From IMG/VR virus record IMGVR_UViG_3300019458_000063, positions 1 to 41,154 of that record: a stretch of 41,154 nucleotides of DNA. One strand, given 5' to 3'. Below are positions 1-8,107 of the stretch, piece by piece. Source of the stretch: a virus. The notes below the pieces were generated by a model. That model was not told where the DNA came from and did no database searches. It worked only from the letters and a program-made list of their open reading frames with translations. The number at the start of each line of letters is the position of its first letter. The stretch's first letter is position 1. The position numbers were made by a program, and so were the translations under genes.

Positions 1-59
1 AGCTTACACGTTTTTTCAAGGGTTACGTTGAATGAGCGCGCAACCCCTTACAGCGCTGC
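1..59. repeat. Terminal direct overlap, identical to 41096..41154 (circular or terminally redundant assembly)
   Basis: agcttacacgttttttcaagg...cagcgctgc occurs verbatim at both ends of the window; the ParB-like ORF start at 32 lies inside it. Confidence 0.95.
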
Positions 60-568
60 GAGATAGGGTCAAGGATTTGCGGCGGGTGAAGGCCAGCGAC
101 CTGCTGCCTCACCCGGAGAATTGGCGCACGCATCCCGTCCGGCAGCGCGAGGCGCTGTCCAGCGTACTGGCCGAGGTAGGCATCGCCGATGCGCTCTTGG
201 TCCGCGAGACGGAGCAGGGATTGCAACTGATCGACGGCCACCTGCGTGCGGAGATGGAGCCGGACAGCGAGTGGCCGGTGCTCGTGCTGGACGTGACGGA
301 GCAGGAGGCGCGGACGATTCTGGCGACTCATGACCCGCTGGCGGCGATGGCCGAGACCAATCAACGCGCCTTCAACGAGCTGCAGCAGCGAATCGGCACG
401 GTGCCAGACTTACCAAAGATCAAGATGATTGACTTGCCACCGGTGCCGCGCCTCGGTTGGTGGCTGATTGGAATTCCTCTTGAGCGGGCTGGTGAAATCC
501 GGGCGTTGATCGATCAGATTGCGGCGGTCGAAGGCGTAATTACGTCAATGACGGTGAGTGATGGATGA
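32..568 (+). CDS. ParB N-terminal (ParB/sulfiredoxin-like nuclease) domain protein
   Basis: 178-aa ORF with LLPHPENWRTHP and LIDGHLR motifs typical of the ParB/Srx fold; ATGA stop/start overlap with the next gene at 565. Confidence 0.7.
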   Translation: MSAQPLTALRDRVKDLRRVKASDLLPHPENWRTHPVRQREALSSVLAEVGIADALLVRETEQGLQLIDGHLRAEMEPDSEWPVLVLDVTEQEARTILATHDPLAAMAETNQRAFNELQQRIGTVPDLPKIKMIDLPPVPRLGWWLIGIPLERAGEIRALIDQIAAVEGVITSMTVSDG

Positions 569-1146
569 TCGCTAAAACGGACAACTCGTCCCTCGAGTCG
601 AAATTGATGTTGCGGCGGTATTTCCTGCAACGCTATCACTCAGGCCATCTCTCGGTGCTGGATTGCTGCGAGGGTGATGGCCTTATCTGGCACGTCCTTG
701 GTAGAGAATTCGAGATTGCCCAGCGATTGGGATTCGATATCAAGGCTGGAACGGGTGGCCGCTTGCGCATGGACAGTCGCCGTTTCTTGCGCACGGGCAA
801 TTGGGCTCGCTTTGATGTGGTTGACATCGACTCGTACGGCTCACCTTGGGGGCATTGGATGGCGCTGCTGGTGCGTGGTGCGAAGAGGTCGTTGACGGTT
901 TTTTTGACCGTTGGGCTGACCCGCGTTTGTGGCGGCAACATGGCGGCGGAAATGAGTTGCGCACTGGGTTTGGATCAGCTCAGGCGGCGGGTGCCGATGG
1001 GGCTTCACACGAACACGCTCAATCAGCTCGGAGTGACATACTTGTTGGCGGAAGCCCATCGGTACGGATATCGCTATGAGGCGATCGCCGAGTCCTCGCC
1101 CAGCGCGAACGCGCGCTACGTAGGTGTACGATTGTGTCCATCATGA
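565..1146 (+). CDS. SAM-methyltransferase-fold protein, TcmP-like (three-Cys-motif partner protein)
   Basis: SKLMLRRYFLQRY...VLDCCEGDG (motif-I-like) and DIDSYGSPW (DxDPFG-like) motifs; sits immediately upstream of a DUF5131 three-Cys protein, the known TcmP pairing. Confidence 0.45.
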   Translation: MIAKTDNSSLESKLMLRRYFLQRYHSGHLSVLDCCEGDGLIWHVLGREFEIAQRLGFDIKAGTGGRLRMDSRRFLRTGNWARFDVVDIDSYGSPWGHWMALLVRGAKRSLTVFLTVGLTRVCGGNMAAEMSCALGLDQLRRRVPMGLHTNTLNQLGVTYLLAEAHRYGYRYEAIAESSPSANARYVGVRLCPS

Positions 1147-1209
1147 CTATCGAGAATTGTGGAGTCGGAGCCATGCCACTATTGAAGGAACTGGGGCTCG
1201 CAAAGAGCG

Positions 1210-2049
1210 GTGCGATGCCGGTACAATCACGGCGTGGAAAAGACCTTGATTGCCTGGACCGATCATACGTTCAACCCGTGGATGGGTTGCGCGAAGGTCT
1301 CGGACGGCTGCAAGCATTGCTACGCCGAGACGCTGACCCGCAATCGCATGGGGTTGAGCTTGTGGGGAGTCAACGGTCGGCGACAGGTCACCAGCGCCGC
1401 GAACTGGCAAAAGCCGCGTCGTTGGAACCGCGAGGCGGAGCGCGAAGGCGTGCGGGCGCGCGTGTTCTGCGCGTCGCTGTGCGATATCTTCGAGGATCAT
1501 CCGACCGCGGACGAGACGTGCCCGCGGTTGTGGGAATTGATTCGCGCCTGCCGCGCGCTCGACTGGCAACTGCTCACCAAGCGGCCAGAGCGGATTGCTC
1601 AGTGCCTGCCGAGCGATTGGGGCGACGGTTGGTCGCACGTCTGGCTCGGCACGAGCGTCGAGGACGCCAGGGTCATCGACCGCATCGATCACTTGCGGAC
1701 AGTGCCCGCCGTCGTGCGATTCATCAGTTACGAGCCGGCCCTGGGGCCGTTGGCGACGGCGCCGGGATTCTCGCTCGAGGGAATCCACTGGGTGATCTAC
1801 GGCGGCGAGAGTGGACCGGGTTGGCGGCCAGAGGACAAGCAGTGGGCGCGCGATATGTGGCAGTGCTGTCGCCAGGCGGGCGCGGCATTCTTCCACAAGC
1901 AGGGTGCGGGATATCGGACCGAGCTCGGCATCGAGCTCGACGGGCAGATCGTGCGGGAGTGGCCTGATGGGCAAAAAAGGACCGAAGCGCACGCCGACCG
2001 AGATCCTCAAGATGAGGGGCTCGTGGCTGGCCAAGACCCGCGACGGTGA
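1210..2049 (+). CDS. Phage Gp37/Gp68 family protein (DUF5131, three-Cys motif)
   Basis: IAWTDHTFNPWMGCAKVSDGCKHCYA near the N-terminus is the family signature. Start uncertain (GTG 1210 or GTG 1234). The 3' tail overlaps terS in another frame. Confidence 0.8.
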   Translation: MRCRYNHGVEKTLIAWTDHTFNPWMGCAKVSDGCKHCYAETLTRNRMGLSLWGVNGRRQVTSAANWQKPRRWNREAEREGVRARVFCASLCDIFEDHPTADETCPRLWELIRACRALDWQLLTKRPERIAQCLPSDWGDGWSHVWLGTSVEDARVIDRIDHLRTVPAVVRFISYEPALGPLATAPGFSLEGIHWVIYGGESGPGWRPEDKQWARDMWQCCRQAGAAFFHKQGAGYRTELGIELDGQIVREWPDGQKRTEAHADRDPQDEGLVAGQDPRR

Positions 2050-2422
2050 ACCGCTGCCACCCAAGGGGCGCCCCGATCCGCCAGATTGGCTTGACGAGCT
2101 GGCGCTTCAGGAGTGGCGCAAGATCGTGCCGCTCCTGGAGTCGATGGGGGTTCTCACACTCGCGGATGGCGATGCGCTGGCCAACTACTGCTCGCTCTGG
2201 GCCTGCTACCAGCGCTGCTACGACTGGGTCCGCAGATACGGCGAAGTCCAGGCCGGCGAAAAAAGCGCGCAGCGCTGGCCGCAGGCGCGGGCGCTGTGCG
2301 AGTATACATCGCAGTTGAGCAGGCTGCGGGCGTGTTTCGGATTGACGCCGGCGGACCGTGCGAGCATGAACGTCGCGCCGCAGGACAGACCGGACAGCAT
2401 AGAGGCGTGGTTGGCTGGATGA
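1967..2422 (+). CDS. terS: Terminase small subunit (P27-family-like)
   Basis: Starts at ATG 1967 (MGKKGPKRTPTEILKMRGSW...) within track ORF 1811..2422; has the LADGDALANYC and FGLTPADR motifs of P27-type small terminases; ATGA overlap with terL. Confidence 0.8.
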   Translation: MGKKGPKRTPTEILKMRGSWLAKTRDGEPLPPKGRPDPPDWLDELALQEWRKIVPLLESMGVLTLADGDALANYCSLWACYQRCYDWVRRYGEVQAGEKSAQRWPQARALCEYTSQLSRLRACFGLTPADRASMNVAPQDRPDSIEAWLAG

Positions 2423-4038
2423 TTGACCCGATAACCAAAGCAGCGATCCGCAATGCGGCCGATGAGCGCGCGGCCAGCGAGGGGTATTGGTTCGACCCCG
2501 ACGCGGCCGTGCGGGTGGTCGAGTTCTTTCGCCGCTGGCTGAAACACAGCAAGGGGCAATGGGCCGGCAAGCCATTGGAGCTGATGGACTGGCAGCGTGA
2601 GGAGTTGATCTATCCGCTTTTTGGCTGGCGTAAGCCGGGGCGCGACAATCCGCGGCGTCGATTCCGCATCGCGTACGTCGAGTGTCCCAAGAAGAACACC
2701 AAGACGACCACGGGAACGGCGCTGGCCCTCTACATGCTGGTGGGCGACAAGGAGCCGGGGGCGGAAGTATACAGCGTGGCGGTGGACCGCGAGCAAGCGA
2801 GCCTGTCGCATCGCGAGGCTCAGAACATGATCGAGGCCAGCGCCGAGTTGTCGCGCCTGCTGAAGATTCAAAAGACCGCGCACAACATCTACTATCCCGC
2901 GGCCAAGTCATACTACCGTACGCTCTCGAACGAGGCGGCCAGCGCCGAGGGCAAGAACGCCCACTTCGTGCTCAAGGACGAGGTACACGCTTGGCGCGGC
3001 GAGGAGTTGTGGAACAGCTTGCGCTATGCGGGGCGCGCGCGCCGGCAGCCGCTGTCGCTGACCATCACCACGGCGGGCGATAATCCCATGAGTGTGTGCA
3101 AGCAGGAGCACGACTACGCGCGGCGGATCATCGAGGGATCGGCGTACAATCCCGAATACTTCGGCTTGATCTACGCGGCCGACCCCGACGATGATTGGAC
3201 GGATCGCGGGACGTGGGAGAAGGCCAACCCGGCAATGGGCACGGTGTTCACGTGGGAGAGCGTGCAGGGCGACATACAGGAAGCGAAGGACAAGCCGTCG
3301 GCGCTAGCGGCGCTGAAGCGCTATGGCCTCAACATCTGGCTGACTGGCAGCAACCCGTGGCTGTCACCGGACGCCTGGGGGTCGTGCGGCGCGACTTATG
3401 CGGCGGCGGACCTCGAGGGCCGGCGCTGCTGGGCGGGGCTCGACCTGTCGCGGATCACGGACACCACGGCGCTGGCCTTGGTGTTCGAGCCGGACGAGCG
3501 TGGCGCGTGCCGGCAACTGGTCCACTTCTGGCTGCCGAGCGAGGCCGCCGACAAGATGCGCGGCGTGGTGCCCTACCACGAGTGGGCCGTCGACGGCCAC
3601 ATCGAGCTGACCCCCGGCCGCGTGCTCGACTACGAGTTCATCCGCCAGCGGTTCCGCGAGCTGGCCGAGCGGTTCAACATCCTGGGGATGTACTACGACC
3701 CGATCTACGCGGCCGATCTGGTCAAGCAGATGGAGGAGGATACCGGCGTGCCGGCGATCGAGTTCGCACAGACGATCACACTCTTCGCGATGCCGACTGC
3801 CGAGTACGAGCGGCGGATCGTGGCCGGCATGCTCTTGCATAGTCGCAATCCGGTGCTCACTTGGCAGGCTGGGAACGTCGAGGTGAAGGTGGACGTGAAC
3901 CAGAACAAGCGGCCGGTGAAGCCGAAATCACATCAGAAAATTGACGGCATCGTGGCGGGCATCATGGCCTTGCGGGGCTGGTGCGGAGAAGAGAGCGGGG
4001 AGTGCGTGTATGAGTCACGGGGGATTTTGACACTGTGA
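2419..4038 (+). CDS. terL: Terminase large subunit (Terminase_1 / HK97-like)
   Basis: 539 aa from ATG 2419 (MIDPITKAAIRNAADE...). WFDPDAAVRVVEFF...GKPLELMDWQ is a typical N-terminus. The upstream part of track ORF 2113..4038 overlaps terS and is Arg/Ala junk. Confidence 0.9.
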   Translation: MIDPITKAAIRNAADERAASEGYWFDPDAAVRVVEFFRRWLKHSKGQWAGKPLELMDWQREELIYPLFGWRKPGRDNPRRRFRIAYVECPKKNTKTTTGTALALYMLVGDKEPGAEVYSVAVDREQASLSHREAQNMIEASAELSRLLKIQKTAHNIYYPAAKSYYRTLSNEAASAEGKNAHFVLKDEVHAWRGEELWNSLRYAGRARRQPLSLTITTAGDNPMSVCKQEHDYARRIIEGSAYNPEYFGLIYAADPDDDWTDRGTWEKANPAMGTVFTWESVQGDIQEAKDKPSALAALKRYGLNIWLTGSNPWLSPDAWGSCGATYAAADLEGRRCWAGLDLSRITDTTALALVFEPDERGACRQLVHFWLPSEAADKMRGVVPYHEWAVDGHIELTPGRVLDYEFIRQRFRELAERFNILGMYYDPIYAADLVKQMEEDTGVPAIEFAQTITLFAMPTAEYERRIVAGMLLHSRNPVLTWQAGNVEVKVDVNQNKRPVKPKSHQKIDGIVAGIMALRGWCGEESGECVYESRGILTL

Positions 4039-4056
4039 CTAACGAGGAGGCCCATA

Positions 4057-4437
4057 ATGGAGCGACAACGAACATTCATGCGCGGCATCGGCGGCGATTG
4101 CAGATTGTACGAGTTTTCTGGGGCAGGCGTGATTGCAGCGCCGCGCGTGATGGACTTGATCCGCGATATGACGCATTGCTACAACGCGGCACCGTGGCGC
4201 GGTTATCCGGCGGAAGCAATTTACGTTGTGGATATTTCCGCTGTGCATCGAGACGGTGACCAGTGTGACGTACTCATTACGTTTTGTGCCACGCTGGGGC
4301 GAGTGGCGTACCACGTACTGGGCGACCAGCGAGGCGCATGGCGGCCGATGTTGCGGAGCGGTCCGGGAATCCACCCCTTGTATAACTGTTGCGACTTTGG
4401 TCAATTGCCGGAGTTGATGTATAGTGACGAGGTATAG
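4057..4437 (+). CDS. Hypothetical protein
   Basis: 126-aa ORF with an AGGAGG Shine-Dalgarno sequence 7 nt upstream of the ATG. Confidence 0.6.
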   Translation: MERQRTFMRGIGGDCRLYEFSGAGVIAAPRVMDLIRDMTHCYNAAPWRGYPAEAIYVVDISAVHRDGDQCDVLITFCATLGRVAYHVLGDQRGAWRPMLRSGPGIHPLYNCCDFGQLPELMYSDEV

Positions 4438-4458
4438 CAATTGAGCCACTGGCGTGAG

Positions 4459-4605
4459 ATGCTGGCCGATTCGCTGATCCTCGCTGGCCTGGCCGGGATT
4501 TGCGGGGCCGCGTTCGGCGTGAGCATGCAGCTCGGCTGGCTCGTGGCCGGTGCCGCGGCGCTCGTGGGTGGTTGCGCGTTGGCGGCGAAAGCGAGGCGGC
4601 CATGA
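4459..4605 (+). CDS. Small hydrophobic (membrane) protein, 48 aa
   Basis: Hand-translated MLADSLILAGLAGICGAAFGVSMQLGWLVAGAAALVGGCALAAKARRP; ATGA overlap with the next ORF; below the track's size cut-off. Confidence 0.45.
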   Translation: MLADSLILAGLAGICGAAFGVSMQLGWLVAGAAALVGGCALAAKARRP

Positions 4606-4814
4606 AGTGTTACAAGTGCGGCAACGAAATGGCGCTAGTGCAGCGATACTATGTGTGCCCCGTGTGCAAGCCGAAAGTGTGTGTTGTACTCTCGCCAGAG
4701 GCCAGAGAGCGATGCGCGCGACTCAGCAGATTGTATCAGCGAGTCAATCGGCTGGTTGAGACGACGATGAGACATCTCAATGCGGAGGAGCGATGCAATG
4801 CTGGACAGCGTTGA
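4602..4814 (+). CDS. Small zinc-ribbon protein
   Basis: MKCYKCGNEM...YVCPVCKP gives a CxxC...CxxC pair; in frame with track ORF 4500..4814. Confidence 0.55.
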   Translation: MKCYKCGNEMALVQRYYVCPVCKPKVCVVLSPEARERCARLSRLYQRVNRLVETTMRHLNAEERCNAGQR

Positions 4815-5127
4815 ATTATTCGGCGGGCCATGCGACGGCGCGGCCGTGCCGAATCGCGGCGAGAGCGCGATCGCGGTCTCGATCGCACCGTGGCCGCGGC
4901 CACTGAAGGCGCTGATGGATCTGGCGTCGGAGCAGGGCGTAGTTTTTCGCGCGTATAAGGACGGCGCGCTTTGTTGCCGGCCAGGGCCCGACTACTTGCC
5001 GAAGGACTTAGCGCGGGGCCTGCGTCGGCATCGCACGGCGATCTGGAAACACTTTCGCGGCAGCCGGTTGGCCGTCTATCAGGTGCGCGAGCACCGCGGA
5101 CAGTTCGCTGGATATTATTCGGACTAG
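4798..5127 (+). CDS. Hypothetical protein
   Basis: Track ORF 4780..5127; the second ATG (4798) is preceded by GGAGGAG at the right spacing. Confidence 0.5.
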   Translation: MLDSVELFGGPCDGAAVPNRGESAIAVSIAPWPRPLKALMDLASEQGVVFRAYKDGALCCRPGPDYLPKDLARGLRRHRTAIWKHFRGSRLAVYQVREHRGQFAGYYSD

Positions 5128-5131
5128 GTAT

Positions 5132-6862
5132 ATGATTGCCGATGCACTCGTCTCGCTCTTCCCGCGCCGTTCGCTGGAGAACCCCAGCCTATCGCTGGCC
5201 GATCCGCAGGCCTGGCTCGACATGGAGGACGCGTGGGACGAGGCGATGGGTGGAGGCGGTAGTACGCTGGCTGGCATCCACGTCGGCACGCGGACCGCGA
5301 TGCAGTACGCGCCCTTCTGGCGTGGTGTATGGATGCTCTCGGCCGACGTGGCCAAGGTGCCGATCAAGGTTTATCGCGTCACGGACGGCGCGAAGGAAGA
5401 GGCGCGCGAGCATCCCGCCTGGCGCGTGCTGCGCCGGCCGAATCCGGGCGTGATGCCGCGCTATGTTTTTTGGCGTGCGTTCATGCTGCACGCGATTCTG
5501 GGCAATGGCCTGGCGTACATTCAACGCGACGGGGCCGGCCGGCCGCTGCGGTTGATCCTGATGGAGTCGCAGCGGACCGATATCGAGACCTATGGCGGCC
5601 TGCGCCGCTACCGCTACCACTTCGCCGATGGCCGCACGGAGACCTACGGCGCGGCGGATGTGTTTCACGTGTTGGGGCAAACGCGCGATGGCATGTCCGG
5701 CCTGCCGCTGGTGCGGTACGCCAAGCAGTTCCTGGCTCGCGGCCTGGCGATGGAGCGCTACGGCGCGGCGTTTTTTGGCAACAACGCCGAGAGCGGCGTG
5801 GTGATCGAGTTCCCTGGCAAGCTCAACGACGACGCACTGCAGCGCATGTCGCGCTCGTGGAAGGCGTCGCATCAAGGGATTGAGCGGTCACACCGCCCGG
5901 CGATTCTGGAGCAAGGGGCAAAGGTATCGTCAACCGGCAGCAAGGCCCGCGACGCGCAACTCAACGAGAGCGAGGAGGCGAGCATCACCGCCGCGGCGAA
6001 CTGGCTGGGTATGCCGCAGCATAAGCTCGGGCACACGGCCCCCACGAGCTACAATAGCCTTGAGCATGAGGATCAAGCGTATCTCGATCAGTCGCTTGAC
6101 CCGTGGTACGTAGCGATCGAGGACGAGGCGCACGAAAAATTGCTGACAGAGCAGGAGCGCGACAGCGAGGAAATCATCGTCGAGTATGTGCGCGCGGCGC
6201 TGGTGCGCGCCGACCTCACGTCGCGTTTCTCGGCCTACCAGACAGCGCTGGCAGGGTCACCCTTCATGACGCAGAATGAAATTCGTCGGCGCGAGAACTT
6301 GCCGCCCATCGAAGGCGGCGACGAGTTGAAGGGCGCCGCGGCGATCGTGGGCGGTGCCGTGCCCATGCCGCAGCTCAAGGAGCAGCCCAACAAAGCGCAG
6401 CCGGACGATGAGGACGACGAAGAGGAAGATTACGACGATGATGCCGAGCGAACGAAGGCGCGGGTGGCGATGGGCCGCGTGCTGCTCGATGCGCTCGAGC
6501 GGGCCAGCCGGCGGATCGCGCACCAGGCGAAGCGCGCGGCGGGCAAGCCCAGGGAGTTTCTGGCGTGGTTGGATGGTGGGCTGCGTGGCGATCTGCTGCC
6601 GGTCAATGAGATCATTGGCGAGGCGGCCGAGCGATACGCGGAGATGCGCGGGTGTAATTCGCCCCTGGACATGCGCAAGCGGATGGCGGAGCGCATCATA
6701 CTGCATTGGCGCGAGTGGCTACTGGAGCGCGCAGGCGAGTGCAAGGCCGACCAATTGCAGGCGACCATCGAGAAACGGGCGATGGACTTCGCCCCCCAGG
6801 CGGCGCGTGCTGTATTTGATGGTGGAGGCCTGGATGTCAACGGTAATCTGGTGGGTGACTAA
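5132..6862 (+). CDS. Portal protein (HK97 family) with an acidic C-terminal extension
   Basis: 576 aa, positioned after terL, with a Phage_portal-like core (FWRGVWMLSADVAKVPIKVYR...SYNSLEHEDQAYL). DDEDDEEEDYDDD tract near the C-terminus. Confidence 0.85.
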   Translation: MIADALVSLFPRRSLENPSLSLADPQAWLDMEDAWDEAMGGGGSTLAGIHVGTRTAMQYAPFWRGVWMLSADVAKVPIKVYRVTDGAKEEAREHPAWRVLRRPNPGVMPRYVFWRAFMLHAILGNGLAYIQRDGAGRPLRLILMESQRTDIETYGGLRRYRYHFADGRTETYGAADVFHVLGQTRDGMSGLPLVRYAKQFLARGLAMERYGAAFFGNNAESGVVIEFPGKLNDDALQRMSRSWKASHQGIERSHRPAILEQGAKVSSTGSKARDAQLNESEEASITAAANWLGMPQHKLGHTAPTSYNSLEHEDQAYLDQSLDPWYVAIEDEAHEKLLTEQERDSEEIIVEYVRAALVRADLTSRFSAYQTALAGSPFMTQNEIRRRENLPPIEGGDELKGAAAIVGGAVPMPQLKEQPNKAQPDDEDDEEEDYDDDAERTKARVAMGRVLLDALERASRRIAHQAKRAAGKPREFLAWLDGGLRGDLLPVNEIIGEAAERYAEMRGCNSPLDMRKRMAERIILHWREWLLERAGECKADQLQATIEKRAMDFAPQAARAVFDGGGLDVNGNLVGD

Positions 6863-7286
6863 GGATGGCGACCGAAGCTTGCTGCGGCTTTACCAGCGAC
6901 ATTATTCACGACGTCGGTACAGAGATGGTCGATCCGTCCGGTTGTTCGCCGGCCCGGGAGAAAAGATCGTCCTCCGCACCGCCGAGGGCGATGCGATGTG
7001 GGTCTGGCGCAAGTTCATCGACGCTAGTGGTCAGACAGGAATCAATTGTGCCGTGTTTCGCAATGAGTCCGCGCACCAAAGCAGCGAACTCGTTCGACAG
7101 GCGGATCAAATTGCTGATTGCGTCTGGCCTGGTGAGAGGCATTACACCTACGTCGATCCGCAAAACATCCGGAGCACGAATCCCGGATTTTGTTTCCTCG
7201 TTGCCGGCTGGCGGCGGTGTGGCTGGACCAGAGGCGGACTACTAATTTTGGAGCATGGAAATTTTGCAACAGGGGGAGAAGCATGA
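6834..7286 (+). CDS. Conserved hypothetical protein (possible GNAT-like fold)
   Basis: ATG 6834 is preceded by GGTGGAGG. The C-terminal YTYVDP...NPGFCFLVAGWRRCGWTRGG resembles a recurrent phage family of unknown function. ATGA overlap with the protease gene. Confidence 0.5.
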   Translation: MSTVIWWVTKDGDRSLLRLYQRHYSRRRYRDGRSVRLFAGPGEKIVLRTAEGDAMWVWRKFIDASGQTGINCAVFRNESAHQSSELVRQADQIADCVWPGERHYTYVDPQNIRSTNPGFCFLVAGWRRCGWTRGGLLILEHGNFATGGEA

Positions 7287-7894
7287 AACTAGAACGACGA
7301 TATGGGCCACCCAGCGGCGTGAAGTTTGAGGCGCGCGGCGACGGGACCGGCAAGCTGACAGGCTACGCGGGCGTGTATTGGGACGGCACGCCGGGCACGC
7401 AGTTCGACCTCGTGCCTGGGTGGTTGGTCGAGCGCATCATGCCGGGCGCGTTCGATCGCGCCGTCCGCGAGGACGACGTGATGGGATTGTTCAACCACGT
7501 GCCGAGCATGGTCTTGGGTCGCAACACGGCCGGGACTATGAAGCTATCGACCGACGCGCGGGGCCTCCGGTATGAGATTGACCTGCCCGCGACCACGCTG
7601 GCCAACGATCTGCGGCAGAGCGTGAGCCGGGGGGACATCCGCGGCTCGTCGTTTGCGTTTTTGGTGACGGACGAAACGTTCCGCACGGAGAATAAAATCG
7701 ACATCCGCGAGATCCGTGGAGTGCAGTTGTTCGACGTGGGGCCCGTGACCTTCCCGGCTTACGAGGCCACGAGCGCAGGTGTGCGCTCGGCCGAGGCACA
7801 GGAGTCGTGGGAGCGCTGGAAGCGCGCTGGCTTGTCCGGCCGGCTGGCGGCGTACCATGCCCGGGCGCTGGAAGTGCTCGAAAACTCGACTTGA
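7283..7894 (+). CDS. Prohead maturation protease (HK97 / Peptidase_S78 family)
   Basis: MKLERRY...KLTGYAGVYWDG...FNHVPSMVLGR...GDIRGSSFAF...DVGPVTFPAY; lies between portal and capsid genes. Confidence 0.85.
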   Translation: MKLERRYGPPSGVKFEARGDGTGKLTGYAGVYWDGTPGTQFDLVPGWLVERIMPGAFDRAVREDDVMGLFNHVPSMVLGRNTAGTMKLSTDARGLRYEIDLPATTLANDLRQSVSRGDIRGSSFAFLVTDETFRTENKIDIREIRGVQLFDVGPVTFPAYEATSAGVRSAEAQESWERWKRAGLSGRLAAYHARALEVLENST

Positions 7895-7994
7895 CATGCG
7901 ACGGGGAATCACTAATATCAGGGTTAGACGACTGGGACTAATTCCACTCGTCGCGTAATCAGACGTTGACTATTTGACGGCTGGTCTGAGCCTC

Positions 7995-8018
7995 ACGGCT
8001 CGGGTGAGCCGTTTTTTG
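7995..8018 (+). terminator. Rho-independent terminator-like hairpin plus T-run upstream of the capsid gene
   Basis: acggctc-gggt-gagccgt (7-bp stem, 4-nt loop) followed by tttttt. Confidence 0.6.
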
Positions 8019-8107
8019 TTGGCTGTAAATGCGGGGCAGGGCCGCGACTCGGCCAGTTACCAGGCAGGCTGGCCGGTCGTGGTCCGTATACAGAGGGGCA
8101 GAACATC

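Noticed and set aside
2113-2418. N-terminal extensions in the ORF track (terL from 2113, 6354..6833, 7190..7282, 31397..31639, 1811..1966, 20520..20705, 20165..20296)
   Set aside because: The extensions overlap upstream genes or the spacer elements and translate to low-complexity Arg/Ala sequence. Internal ATGs with ATGA coupling or ribosome-binding motifs fit far better.
1724-2911. 395-aa minus-strand ORF (and 1147..2064, 305 aa) antisense to DUF5131, terS and terL
   Set aside because: These are Arg/Pro/Ala-rich translations with no motifs. They lie entirely antisense to well-supported genes, which is the usual long spurious ORF seen in GC-rich DNA.
7898-7954. Possible tRNA in the protease-capsid spacer
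   Set aside because: It forms a single long imperfect hairpin, with no cloverleaf arms, T-loop (GTTCRANNC) or acceptor/CCA features. I saw no tRNA-like sequence elsewhere, though I could not run tRNAscan.
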